DNA of 64,000 bases, taken from Eutreptiella sp. 'Long Island Sound 2002'. Lineage: Eukaryota > Protista > Euglenida. This document shows, piece after piece, positions 1 through 12,000 of the stretch (position 1 is its first letter; the number at the start of each line of letters is the position of its first letter). Under the pieces are notes generated by a model. It did not search any database and had not been told where the DNA came from. It was given only the letters and a program-made list of their open reading frames with translations. The stretch is from the NCBI GenBank assembly GCA_964036045.1, contig OZ038378.1, positions 143,282,001 through 143,346,000 of the forward strand, read 5' to 3'. A program made the translations under genes and the position numbers.

Positions 1-318
1 GTGATAGCTCCCGAAGAAACATGAGAGAAAATAGAGAAACAAAACCAGTCCATCCTAGCTGCACAATTTTTGTTATTTGCACCCACCTACCTCAATAACA
101 CACCATTTTTTCCCATCCCGCACCATTTTCTCCCATTTTTCTCCATTTTCCTCCATGTTTCTTGGTACTAGGTCGATTACGGGTACATTGATGGGTATAT
201 TACCAGCCACTTCGTGCGGGCATTTCTGAGGCTTGTTAGTGTTTGTGGTGGTGCATTACACTTTTTTTGTGTCGTGTTTGTTTTAAGTAGTTTTTATTTT
301 TTTTTTGTTGGGAACGGC

Positions 319-431
319 CCGCCAACCGCCAACCGCCACACACCGCCAACCAACAACTACCGCCAACCGCCAACGGCAACAGACCGCCAAACGCCAACCC
401 TTGGCAACTGGCAATCGCCACCAACCACCAA
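319..431. repeat. Degenerate (CCGCCAA)n heptamer simple repeat
   Basis: Repeated ccgccaa/accgcca units read directly; they explain the low-complexity overlapping ORFs at 214-813. Confidence 0.8.
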
Positions 432-499
432 CCATCGCAGTTGTCTGCGCATGTGTGTGGGAACGGGGTCGCGCGGCCATGTAGGCCCAAGTGGCAATC

Positions 500-3100
500 A
501 TATGGGCCGTTGTGGCTTGGACGATTGGTTGTGCAAGCGGCTTCATCACAGCCAGTCCGAACGCCTTCCACTCATAGTCGACCCAAATAGAGGCGTGCTT
601 CACCACATCCCAGTGCGGGAAAGGGTATACTACTGTTGCATGCCACCCTCCAGGGTTGATCTTGATGGTGGCTTGGGATGTGATGAGTATCTTTGCAGTT
701 TCCATTTGTCCCTCATTTCCCAAATATCATCTATGGTAGTTACCAAAGCCTCAACGCAAGCCCGTTTTTGTGGCCATATGTGGCAATGGCAACATACCTC
801 TGCTGGCACGTAGAATCGGATTGGCCAGGTCCATCCGGACCCACCTCCACCGTGTCTCTCTTCTCGTTCTTTGCGCCAATGCGGGATGCAAAGTCAATGT
901 TCATTGAAATGCAAGGTGATAGTCATGGCATGGAGCATTTTAGGAATGTTTGTGCATGCGCATGCCCAGTTTAGGCCCCTTTACGAAGTCATTTGGCGGC
1001 GTTGAGAGCCATATTTTTACACGATGCGGGCATGGGTCATAACCGATGATCTCAGCTATTGGCCACAGATATCGTAACCGTGGTGAAGCCGTACCGATCC
1101 CACTTACCTTGGGTCTTGGGCTTGTCATGTATTTGGGTACTTTTTCTCACCAATCGGTGTTGAATCTTGCCGTACATCGGAAGCTTGTTCGACATAAATG
1201 TGAGCATAGAGGCAGCAATAAAGCCATATTCAAAGCAAAATAAAGGACTGCAAGTCCTTCTTTGTTGACGAAAACATCGAAATGACAGCTGTCTGGACAT
1301 ACTTTGATCGGGCGGAACGTTTCCACACATAATTATGCTATCTTGCAACCCTTCACCACAAGTCTTCAAGGTTTGTAAAATTGGCTTCCAATACTTCCAG
1401 ACATTCTAGTGTTAGATACTGTCAGCCCACACTTTGATAATGAGCTTGTCACTGCACTTACTATCCCGGCGCGGGAGAAGAGCGTGAACCAACAAAACGC
1501 TAGCAAGCATACGACCGTTGCATTTTTCTGGGGTTGTCTAGACTTGCGCAGATCTGGTTGTGGTTATGTCTTCAGTTCTATCATCAACCTGCTGTAAATA
1601 CCCACGAAGCTTTGCTCGTCAACCAACAGTTGTATGGCGTTCGCATTTCTTGACAAGTGCTCAAGTGTTTCAGTGTCCGTGTCTGTGTTCATTACCTCAT
1701 CTACAAGACTCTGCATCGAATTCGGAATACGATGCCTCTTTTTCAACAATTCTTAGAGCCATTCGTTGGCCATGTAGGTGACATGGGCGTGGGACATTAC
1801 ATACGGTACGCCGCCCGCAAATGCACCAAAGAAACATGTTAAATTTCCTAATTGGTAGCAAAAGAGTGGACTGTAGGTCGTTCTTTGTCGACCAAAAAGC
1901 AAACACAGCAGTATCGTTGGGCGATCTGACATCCAAAGAACGACCCGCCGGTCGTTTTTGACTTCTAGGGTATGCATTGTAATCACCATTTGGGTGTAAT
2001 TTCATGGCTTGCCTACGATACCTCTGGCCACACGGTCATCGTGCGAGGACACACATCCATAGGCAGCAATCTTTTTAGATTGAGCACACCCTCATCACGC
2101 TGGATGGTGCCGTTGACTGGCGTGATTGGCCGAATGGCTCGTAGCACCTCCGAACACCCGGCTACTTTGTGAAAATTCAGTGGTCGCCTCTCTGCCTTCC
2201 TTCCATCGACTTCCGAATTCAACTTACTCATCGAGATGTGGATGTGCTTACATTCCGTAAAGTCTTCCATCTTCAGCTACCAATACACTTCTTCGGTAAT
2301 CTTTTTGACTGCAGCCCATTTTTCTTTTTTTACAGTGGATGCTGCACTCCGCGCTTGTAAGACTGCTGATGATAGAAGTAGCGCTTGCAAATCAACCCCC
2401 AAAAAGGACGCTCAAAAGATCTTCTAATATTGCAGCCGGCGGATAGGCCCTCTTAAAAACCCTTGTTGTAAAATGAAATTACCTGAAAAACAACAACTGT
2501 TCTAAATCTAATGAGCTGTTATTGACAAACACATGCAGAATTGTGACTAGGGCGTTTTAAAAACATTGGGCGAAGGCAGTGAAAAATACATGCATGCATG
2601 GGACGGCAGATTTTCATTTAACTGCACAAACATCGACCTACAAATGGATGTCTCCAAATCTGAACAAGATGGCATGATTTGAAAAGCCATTTTCCAACGT
2701 GATGTTCAAGAACCAACTGTAATCCGTAATGGAGAAATTCAAAATCATCAATCTCGGAGCGCACTTCAAATTCATCCTCCTTTTATAGTACTAACAAAGG
2801 GCCATTTTTGTCTCGAGACAATACAGAGATGATGGCGCAGTCGAGTTCATAATCATCACCCTAGTATTTATTGCTAGATTCACCATCACCATCATCAGGT
2901 TGATCGGATGCCTCCGGAACACCTATTAGCACTGCGGCACCATCACCGGCAGAAGAGTGTGGGTACGATTGAACCAGGCAGCATCGTTGTCATACTCATC
3001 AACAGCCGGTGCACGACGTGGTAGAGAAGTGTCAGTTTGTGAAGCAACTCTTCAGATGGACTGCCGGGTTCCAAGAGGGTGTGCACGGTATTGACAGTGA
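500..3100 (-). pseudogene. Decayed long coding sequence, probably transposon-derived, family unresolved
   Basis: Minus-strand frames give protein-like stretches broken by stops and frameshifts, including an acidic patch (~2830-2930), a Cys cluster (WCICGRRTVCNVPRPCHLHG) and a peptide motif found twice (RQRTTYSPLFCYQLG ~1850-1890; QQRRTCSPLFCFEYG ~1220-1270). Confidence 0.35.
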
Positions 3101-4094
3101 GTGCCCGCCTGCGGTCGACGGGTATATGTACCTACCATGGAACATCATAGTTCGCAACAACCGCTCCAATTGCTAGGACGACAGAGGCAGCTTGCTTTGA
3201 CCAACAGAAGTTGCGAAATGGACGTCGGCTTACAAATCGCACAACACTAGCAAAAAGACGGCCAACTACAGCGACAAAACACTTTGGTATATGGCTTTTG
3301 AGGTCACGAGGTCCATCTTGGGTTTTGGGGGGCATGCAAAAAAATGTCAAAGATGCCATCAATGTCCACAACATTAGCACACCTACACGCCATGGTGACA
3401 ACCCTTGATTGCAGGGCCTCACCAGCCTCCTCTGAAACACAGCGCAGTGAGGGGCGCTCATGCCACCTAGACTAGGTCAATAGTCCAACCACAAGGGTCT
3501 TAATGTATTCTTTCTTATGTTCCCCTCCGTGTAGGATGTTCAATAAGATATAGAAAGTGTACTATGGAATGGTTCGTCCCATAATGGGCGAACACCGTTG
3601 GTCAGCCCAGTGGCACTCCCTGATGAATACACCAAAGGTGAACAACGCGGGAATGCACGCAAACAGGAGAGAGCGTAAGGCTTGTGCCTGGGCGAAGCGA
3701 CGGAGCTCGTGCTCAGTATCGAGCTGAAATAATCTGGACAACTGCAAGATTCTATCCTCCAGCACCACATGCCACTTCCGACGCGCAACAAACAGGGTGG
3801 CAGACAAATGCTCCATGTGGAGAAAGTGTACAACATTCACAACAACCAAACCAAGTTCCAGACACCCAATGTTAAGAAATGTGCAAAGCCACGTAACAGT
3901 GGCGCAGTATTTATAGCCATGCCACCCACCATACACAATAGGATACTGGTTCAAGTAGCCGAGATTGAAAGATGCAAAACTCGGACTGTACAAAAACTTA
4001 GAAATTTGGTAATGGATTTGTATGTCCACAAGAGAGGGCAATGGTCTACCACTTTCGTGGTGCAGATCTAGTACCATCAACATTCACTCAAGTA

Positions 4095-4872
4095 CCCCCC
4101 CCCCCTTGTAATAGCTACGCCAAAGTACGGAATTAATAGGTCCCTACGCCTACTGTAGCTATTACAAAGGCGTAGCTTGCGCACGACACATACAACTACC
4201 GACATACACGTGACGTGACAGAATGCATGGTATGAGTGCACCTTAACCTCTGCCCATGTTCCCAAAGGCATGCAAACACAAGAAAGTGTTTGAGGCATGA
4301 AAATTCAGGTTCACACCCATGTTCTCACAAGCTATGAAGCATGAGAAGCCTACAAATGTTCGGACTGGAAACCCTTCTTGCGATCATACACCATGCGGAA
4401 CAACTGCACATGCTCACCACTTGAAGATGCCTTTGAAGATGCCTTTGCCCGAGGTTTAGGGGCCGGGGCCGGTTTGGGCTCGGGCAACTTCAAATTCTTG
4501 GGAATGAAATTGCCTTGCATGTGGTCTCTTGTAAAGTACAACTTCCCATCAAAGACATGGGCCATTCCCCACACACCTCGGGCAGCCTTAGCCCAAATAA
4601 CTTCATCGGGATTGCATGGTGAGCTGGTGCAAGAAAGGGGGATATAGTACACAAATATCCCCCAAATCAGAGCTATGTGGGTTCAAGTGGGCAAACACTC
4701 TCAACAAATGCGTCCATGACCCTATGTAGCTGGCAAATTTGTCACCAAACCCATGTGTTATGCGGCTGCACTACATTTGTACCGAATTAAAATTAGGTAC
4801 AAAATTAATACGGTCCCTACGCCTACTGTAGCTATTACAAGGCGTAGCTATTACAAAGGGGAGGGGGGGGGG
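4095..4872. mobile_element. Non-autonomous TIR element (MITE-like, TA target site, Tc1/mariner-type)
   Basis: TA at 4093-4094 and 4873-4874. TIR C11-TTGTAATAGCTACGCC versus GGCGTAGCTATTACAAAG-G-run. An ~45-bp subterminal block (aattaata..ggtccctacgcctactgtagctattaca..ggcgtagct) is present at ~4131-4178 and ~4804-4849. Confidence 0.75.
4350..4682 (-). pseudogene. Captured gene fragment with PWWP/Tudor-like signature inside the TA MITE
   Basis: Stop-bounded open frame without ATG: DEVIWAKAARGVWGMAHVFDGKLYFTRDH followed by a Pro/Lys/Ala linker (LPEPKPAPAPKPRAKAS). VIWAK resembles the PWWP N-terminal (D)xVWAK motif. Confidence 0.4.
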
Positions 4873-5099
4873 TAATCAAGTGTTACTACTGGTCGCTTCT
4901 GGTCGCTTCATCAGACATCATCAAGGGACACCATTGGGAGCTAACAACGCAACGCCGAGGAATGTCCAGGGGGCACCCAATACGTTTCATCATGGCAATC
5001 GCAAGATATGTGTTCAAAAACAATGTCTGATGCTCATGTTGCGTTCCGAACAGTTAAGTCGCAATGCTATCAATCTTACCCCCAATAGACATAACCAAC

Positions 5100-5660
5100 A
5101 GTACTTACCTCAGTCAAGCCGTGAGACGGGATGGTTCTGTTGGGCCAGCTGAATTTCTGATGGAGCAACGGCACAACATGTGGCAGGACCCCCCCCTGAA
5201 CCATTTATTGCTCTCAGCAGACTGGTCTGCAGATTACTGCAAGCTGAACCCAGTGGAGTTAACATGTGAGGGGGGGGGGGGGGGTCCAGCCAATCTTGCA
5301 TCCTTTGCCCAATTGTGGTATGCAGAAAAATACACGCATTTCAGGACCCTTTGGCCAGAGCCTCTGCACAGGTTGCACTAAAGGTTTAAAAGAAAGGCCT
5401 GATGAGAGAGGATGGCCTGCTGGTCGTGCACGAAGCATTCTTTTTTCTGTCGGCAACCGCGAAGCATAAAACCCCCGCATGTACCCGCTTTTTCATCAGA
5501 AAAATTGTGGATTATTACCGTTCGGTTGGAGGAACTGATTTGGGCGGTCTGTATTTGGACACAGGCAATTGTGCCTGCCAATACAAATGCTCCAGTGCTG
5601 TGGCGACCCTGTCTGCAATCGGTGAAGACACAGGACAAGACATATTTCTCAAACCCTGAC
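5100..5660 (+). pseudogene. DDD/E transposase remnant, possibly Sola-like
   Basis: Ordered motifs DWSADY (~5220), WYAEKYTHF, HEAFFFLSATAKH and DTGNCACQYK (~5558-5587) resemble the DF(S/A)ENY ... SDGC..QYK pattern of a eukaryotic DNA-transposase family. Frames are broken and no HGK motif was found. Confidence 0.35.
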
Positions 5661-6902
5661 AAAATCGAAGCAATGCATCTGAAAACATGCCGCGAACAGA
5701 TTTCGATGTGAAGCACCCTCAGCAACCAGACCAGTGAATGCGCGCAGTGACTTCAGGAGCAGAGCTTCTCGTCCGCCCAGGGTTGCAAGACTGGACATAC
5801 ACAAAAAAAAAAATCAATCGCCTGTTGCTGAAGTAACGGCGCATGAGGGTGCCGTCGTCGCACTGTGCAAGGTGCACGCCAGTCTCTCCACTCGACACCA
5901 CTCTAATCCTTCAAATCCTTGGGAAGGCCCAGTAGCCGCACATTGAAGCCAAACGTTCAAATCAGCAACAGGGATTGCCTACAACGATCAATGGACCAAA
6001 TCATCACCGAACACCAAAACTAAAGTTAAACATTGGTTCATGTGCAGCCTTGAAACCAGACCCAGCAGGTCTGACCTTGCAAATTGTGCAATTTGGGGTT
6101 GGCAGTACCAAGAACACCCATCATTCAGGCAGCCGGTGATGCACAACAAAGTCCTACAGCCAACCAGCAAGTTGTGCCACAGCACATCAAACCCATCTCG
6201 CCATTTTCCAAGAAATCGGGCCCATGAAAGTCTGATGTTCAATCATCGACAGAATCCACGCCCCCACCCCCCCCGGCCAATTGAGGCAATGCCGAAATGA
6301 TGAAAATAGTCTGAGGCTGGCTGTCTGTGGTCACTCTCTAGACATCCGAAATGGGCGCTGGTGGGAGGCTGACACGCGAGCCCCAACAGCAATACGGCTT
6401 GGCATTATAGACTTGAGCGGAGGGGACAACAGCGCTTGATGAGTCACCCCCGTTGAGCCCCGACGCTACGTCCAAAGGTGAGGCGCGGAGACGAGGGTGG
6501 TCAGGGCTCCGACACAAACGTGGGCAGAGTAGGAGCGGGACGTTGTTGTCGGGTCAAAGGTCGCGGGAGGACAGGAGCACGGCACAGAACACGCGCGGGG
6601 CAAAGCCGCACGGGGATGGCACTGGCCACAAACCCGAAGCCGACTCCCTCGTTCCTCTTTGGTGTCGCCGAGGGCCACTGCCACTCCCTTTTGCCGAGCA
6701 AACACACCGCCTTCCCTGACCCCCCCAGTCAGAGAGGCGCTCGGCCACGGGAGGGGGGGGGGGGTTCTGGGATTCAAAAGCGTGTGTACCAAGAATGGCC
6801 TGACAAATTTTCCCTTTTGGAATTTTTGTTTCCCCCCACGACGGTCCCTTTGGTCTGGAGGGGGGGGAGGGGGTCCAAAGGGGGGCGGGGGGGGGGGGGG
6901 GT

Positions 6903-7008
6903 GGCATAAGGCCTCGGCATCTGATTGTTTGCCTTTGGCAGCGCCTATTGGCCTCTCGCCACCGCTCATTCTGACCCTCTGTGGGCCCGAACGTGTTTTG
7001 GTTGTGTC
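6903..7008 (+). repeat. Dispersed G/C-run repeat family A, copy 1
   Basis: ggcataaggcctcggcatctgattgtttgcc...gaacgtgttttggttgtgtc matches the reverse complement of ~20371-20471; a related end lies at ~30180-30210. Confidence 0.75.
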
Positions 7009-8498
7009 AACGGAGCCCCCGGATGGCGCGGGGGGGGGGGGGGGGGATGACCCTCCTCGCAGGAAAGGAAACCAAGCACAAGGCCCCCCTGGGGGGGGGG
7101 GGGGCACCCTCCCGGGCCAAGGCATCAACCCCCAGCCAGACCCAACAAAGGTGTGCTCTGGGGGTGGACATGCAACTCACAGTCAGGGCCCACGTTGCTG
7201 GGGCCACAACCGTGTTTGTTGGCCCCTGCACCTCCGTTGGGTCGTGGGGGGGGGGGGGGGCATCCCCGCCCCCAACCGCATGGGCCGTGGGCCACCCCCG
7301 GACACCGCCTCGAAGCCTCGGTTCCCCCCCTCCCCCAGCCCTCGGGACCCCCCTTCTCAGAATGCCATAGCAATGCAGCCCCCGGCCACTCAGCAACGCC
7401 CGCTCCCCCCCCCCAACCTCCGGAACTCAGTAGGAAGCACCCCCCACCCCCCCACCCCACGCACCCCCGTCTCATATGCGAGGCCCTAAGCACATCCCCG
7501 ACCTCCACACATCCGCATCGTCCCCCTCCCCCCTGGTGCCCCCCCCTTCCATCCGGCCTCATTGACCGCCGGACAGAAGTCTCTCTCAGCGCCCGCCGGG
7601 GCCCTCCAACCGCACGTCTCTTGCCGGCCACCGGGGGTGTGGGGGGGGGGGGGGGGGCTACTCCCCTGGGGCTGGCAGAGCAGCTCTTCGGAACTGCACC
7701 CCGTCCCTCTGGAGGGGGGCCCCCTGCAGCGCTGTGCCGTGGGGGGGGGGGGGGGGGCTGGCAGTGACCCAAGTGCCCCCGCCACAGGCCCTGCCTCAGG
7801 CACATCCGACGGGCGGCAGCGTGCGCAAAGCAGCAGAGGGCCCCCCACGACGAGGGGCGTCCGCGAGGCCGGACCCTCGGGCGCCCAGCCCCTGCCCCCC
7901 GCGGCTGCCCCAGCCCCCCCCCCTCCCAAGTTCTGAGGCAGTCCTGACACACGCGCGCGGCCCCTTCTCCTCCGCACGGCCCTGTCCTCCCCCGCGGGGC
8001 CCGCGATGCAGGCCCACCGCCCCCCACCCACACCCCAGACTTGCCCCCCCAGACCCCCCGGCGTCACTCTGGCATCCAACTCAGTGCGAGTGGCCTCACC
8101 GCGTGCGTCGCTTAGCCATAGACCGACCATGGGCATCACCCTCCGGACTCACTCCGGGAACGCTCTCAATTCGGTGTCACAGATACGGCGCCAGAGGCGC
8201 CGCCACGAATTGTCCAGCAAATGGCCCACGCAGTGTTGCTTTGGAAAAAGGGGGCGGGGGTACCTCCTGCAGCGGACGTGCCGTGCTTTCAGTTGAGTGC
8301 GTGCCTGCACTGGGCCGGCACTCCAGACATGGGACCGGGTCCTTGTCGACAAGCCACTGCAATTTGGCCACCAAGTCAAGAGTGGCGTTGTAATGTGAGA
8401 CCTTAGTGGGACCCGCATGCGGGCAAATCGCCCACATAACCCTGCCATGTGGAGAGGGACCCCAAAGTGGAGACAAAAATCAAAAGTGGCTCCATCAC

Positions 8499-8657
8499 CC
8501 GCAGATTGTCCGCAGATTGTCCGCAGATTGTCCGCAGATTGTCCGCAGATTGTCCGCAGATTGTCCGCAGATTGTCCGCAGATTGTCCGCAGATTGTCCG
8601 CAGATTGTCCGCAGATTGTCCGCAGATTGTCCGCAGATTGTCCGCAGATTGTCCGCA
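8499..8657. repeat. Perfect 11-bp tandem repeat (CCGCAGATTGT)x~14.5
   Basis: Units start every 11 nt from 8501 to 8644 with no variant. Confidence 0.97.
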
Positions 8658-8852
8658 AATAGGGGCCAGAGGCGCCATCACAGATTGCCCATGGCAATGT
8701 ACACATTGTCCCACACAGGCCTTTGGGCTCTGGGACAGCGCTCTTGACTACCCCTGCCCTCCCTAACCCCAGAGTACCTCACCCGGTCACTCACGTCTGT
8801 GCGGTACTGTGAGGCTTCCGACACTGAGCCAAGCCGTCGGGCGTCACTGACG

Positions 8853-9052
8853 NNNNNNNNNNNNNNNNNNNNNNNNNNNNNNNNNNNNNNNNNNNNNNNN
8901 NNNNNNNNNNNNNNNNNNNNNNNNNNNNNNNNNNNNNNNNNNNNNNNNNNNNNNNNNNNNNNNNNNNNNNNNNNNNNNNNNNNNNNNNNNNNNNNNNNNN
9001 NNNNNNNNNNNNNNNNNNNNNNNNNNNNNNNNNNNNNNNNNNNNNNNNNNNN
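8853..9052. other. Assembly gap (200 N)
   Basis: Exactly 200 N, consistent with a fixed-size scaffolding gap of unknown true length. Confidence 0.99.
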
Positions 9053-12000
9053 GGGTGCTGCGCAGCCGCAACAAAAATCCCTGATGGCCTGTGGCAGCAA
9101 AAAGCCTGCCACTTAGTGGCGGCTGAAAAGCCTGCTGCTTAGTGGCAGCTATTTAGCATGCTGCTCAGCGGCAGCAAAAAGACACGCCGCGCGGTGGTAG
9201 CTAAAGGCATGCAGCTGAGTGGCAGCAAAAACACGCGACTCCGCCACTGCTAAAAAGCTTGCGGCCCATCGGGAGCAAAAAAGGCTTGCTGTCAAAAAGT
9301 ACACTGCTCAGTGGCAGCAAAAAGACCTGCTACTCATTGGCAACGAAAAAGCTTGCTGCTCAGTGGCAGCAAAAAGGCACGCTGCTCAATGGCAGCAAAA
9401 AGACCTGTTGCTGAGCGGCAGCCAATAAGTTTGCTGCTTACTGGCAGCTAAAAACTTGCCACTCTGTGGTGTGCCGTGCTGTGGCCGCCGCATGGCATGC
9501 TGCTCAGCGGCAGCAGTAAAGCATGCTTTTCAGCGGCACCAAAAAAAGCACACCGCTTACTTACGCTTACTTACAGCAAAAAGCCCTGCTGCAACAAAAA
9601 CTAAAGAAAAGCCCTAACCTAGTGATAGCTAAAAAAGCCTCGTGCACACCTGCAGCAAAAGGACACAACGCTCTGTGGCCGCATAACCTTGTGCTTAGTG
9701 GCTGCAAAACCTGCTGCTCAGTGGCAGCAAAAAAGCACACTGCCAGGTGACCACAAAAAGATCCGCTCCCCAGTGGCACCTAAAAAGCGTGCTGCTCAAC
9801 GGCAACTAAAAAGCTTGTCGCTCAATAGCTGCAAAAGACCCTGCTGGCCAGTCGCTTCAGAAAGCCGCTCAGTGGCTGCAAAAACCTGCAGCTCGGTGGC
9901 AGCAAATAAAAAAAACACACTGCTAGGTGACAGCAAAAACAGACTGCTGCCCAATGGCTGCTAAAAAGCTTGCCGCTCTATGGCAACAAAAGTCCCTGCT
10001 GCTAAGTGGCAGCAGAAAGGCAGGCCGCCCAGTGGCAGCTAAAACCTGTTGCTCGGTGGCGGCAAAAATGCACGCTGCCTAGTGGCAACTACTAAGCTTA
10101 CCATTCAATGCAAAAGACCCTGCCGCTCAGCGGTAGCCAAAGGACATGCCACCCTTTGGCTGCCAAAACCTGCTACTCTGTGGCAGCAAAAAAAAAAAAA
10201 AAAAAATGCCACTCTGTGGTAGCACGAGGGCTTGCTCCTCTGCGGCAGCAAAAAGCCCGCCGCTCCAAAAAACCTACTAAAAGCCTGTGGTTCTTGGGCG
10301 GCAAAGAGCCGTGCAGCTGCGTGGCTGCCAAAAAGCTAGTGGCCACTATAAGGTATGCCGCTCAGTGGCAGCAACAAGACCTGCCACTTGGTGGCAGCTA
10401 AACGGTTCGCTAGTCCTTGGTCGCAAAAAAGCCTGCAGTTTACCGGTAGCACACAGACCTGTTGCTCAGCCGCTACTAAAGGTCCTGCTGCTCAGTGGCA
10501 GCAACAAGGCCCACTGTTGGTTGTCGCAAAAAAGCGCGGTACTCAGTGGCTACAAATCATCGTGCTGCACAGCGGCTACCAAAAAGCTTGCCGCTCGATG
10601 GTTGCAAAACACCCTACTGCCTTGCTATGTGGCCCCTAAAGACCCTGCCGCCCAATAGCTGCAAAAAAGCTTGCTGCTCAGTGGCAGCGAAAAACCGTGC
10701 TACCTAGTGCAGCTAAAGGGTACTCTGGTCAGCGGCAGCAATGGAGCGAGCCTCCCTATGGCAGCAAAGGAGCCTGCTGCTCAGTGGCAGCAAAAAGGCC
10801 TGCTACCCAACGGCAAAAAGGCCCGCGGTTCAGCTGTAGCTAAAAACCCGCTGCTCTGCGGCAGCAAAAAGCCCCTCTGTTGAGTGGCTGCATAAACAAG
10901 AAAAAAGAAAAAAGAAAGGCCCGCTGCCCTGTGACAGCAAAGGGCCCGCTGCCCATTGGCTGCAAAAAAGCATGTTGTTTCGTGACAGCAAAAAAACATG
11001 TTGCTCAGTGGCACCAAAGGGCCCGGCGCACTGAAGTTGCCAAGAAGCTTGCCGGTCTGTGGCTGCAAGAAAGGCCCGGCGGCAGCAAAAAGCTTGCTTT
11101 TGAGTGGCTGCAAAAATGCCTGCTGCTCCGTGGCCGCAAAAATCCCACTGGGTAGCGGCCGCCAAAAGGCCCTCTGTTCTATGGCTGCAGGAAAGCATGC
11201 TGCTCAGCGGCAGCCAAAAAGCTTGCGTTCAGTGGCAGCAAAAAGCCTATTGCTCAGTGGTAGCAAGCAGCGTGCCGCTCAGTCACAGCAAAAACTGGCT
11301 ACACAGTGACAGGAAAACACCTGCTACAAACATCTGCAGCAAAAAGGCTTGCGCTCAGTGGCAACACAAGAGCATGCTCAATGGCAACAAAAAAGGCCTG
11401 CCACTCAATGGCAGCCAAAGGACACGATGCTCTGTGGCAGCAAAAAGCGTGCTGCGTAGTGACAGCAAAAAAGGCGCGGTGTTTAGCGGCAGCAAAACGA
11501 CATGCTGCTCTGTGGTAGGCAAAAAACTGCCACTCAGTGGCAGCAAAAAAACCTGACGCTCAGTAGCAGCAAAAAGGCATGCTACTTAGTGGCAACAACA
11601 AAGCCTGTTGATCAGTGGCAGCCAAAAAACATGCCTCGTCGTGGCAGCAAGAAAGCCCACCGCTCCTTGGCAGCAAAAAACACGCTGCTCTGTGGCAGTA
11701 AAAAACTCCGCTTCTCAGTGGCCGCAAAAAGGCCCGTTGCTCAGTGGCGGCAAAAAAAGGACCTTCTGTTCAATGGTAGCTAAGGAGACCGCTCCTCAGT
11801 GCAGCAAACAGGCCTGCTGCTCGGTGGCAGCAAAAGGACTCGCTGCTCTGCGGCAGGAAAAAAGCTCGCAGCTCAGTGGCGGCAAAAGAGCATGCCACAC
11901 AGTTGCTGCTAAAAAGCCTGACACTCTGTGGCAGCAAAAGAGCATGCTCCTCACTTGCCGCAAAAAAGCCTGGCGCTCAGTGGCAGCAAAGAGACATGCT

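Noticed and set aside
3562-4071. SAP-like domain (RTVQKLRNLVMDLYVHKRG); a similar hint at ~53520-53600
   Set aside because: Short, low-information matches in broken frames.
5220-5270. IS630/Tc1 LNPIE motif (CKLNPVEL)
   Set aside because: The conserved Trp after the motif is missing, and neighbouring motifs fit a different transposase pattern better.
6634-6687. Possible second BIR start (EWQWPSATPKRNEGVGF) as a phase-2 exon
   Set aside because: Weak acceptor, the LA.AGF core is not conserved, and no CxxC or H-x6-C exons were found downstream.
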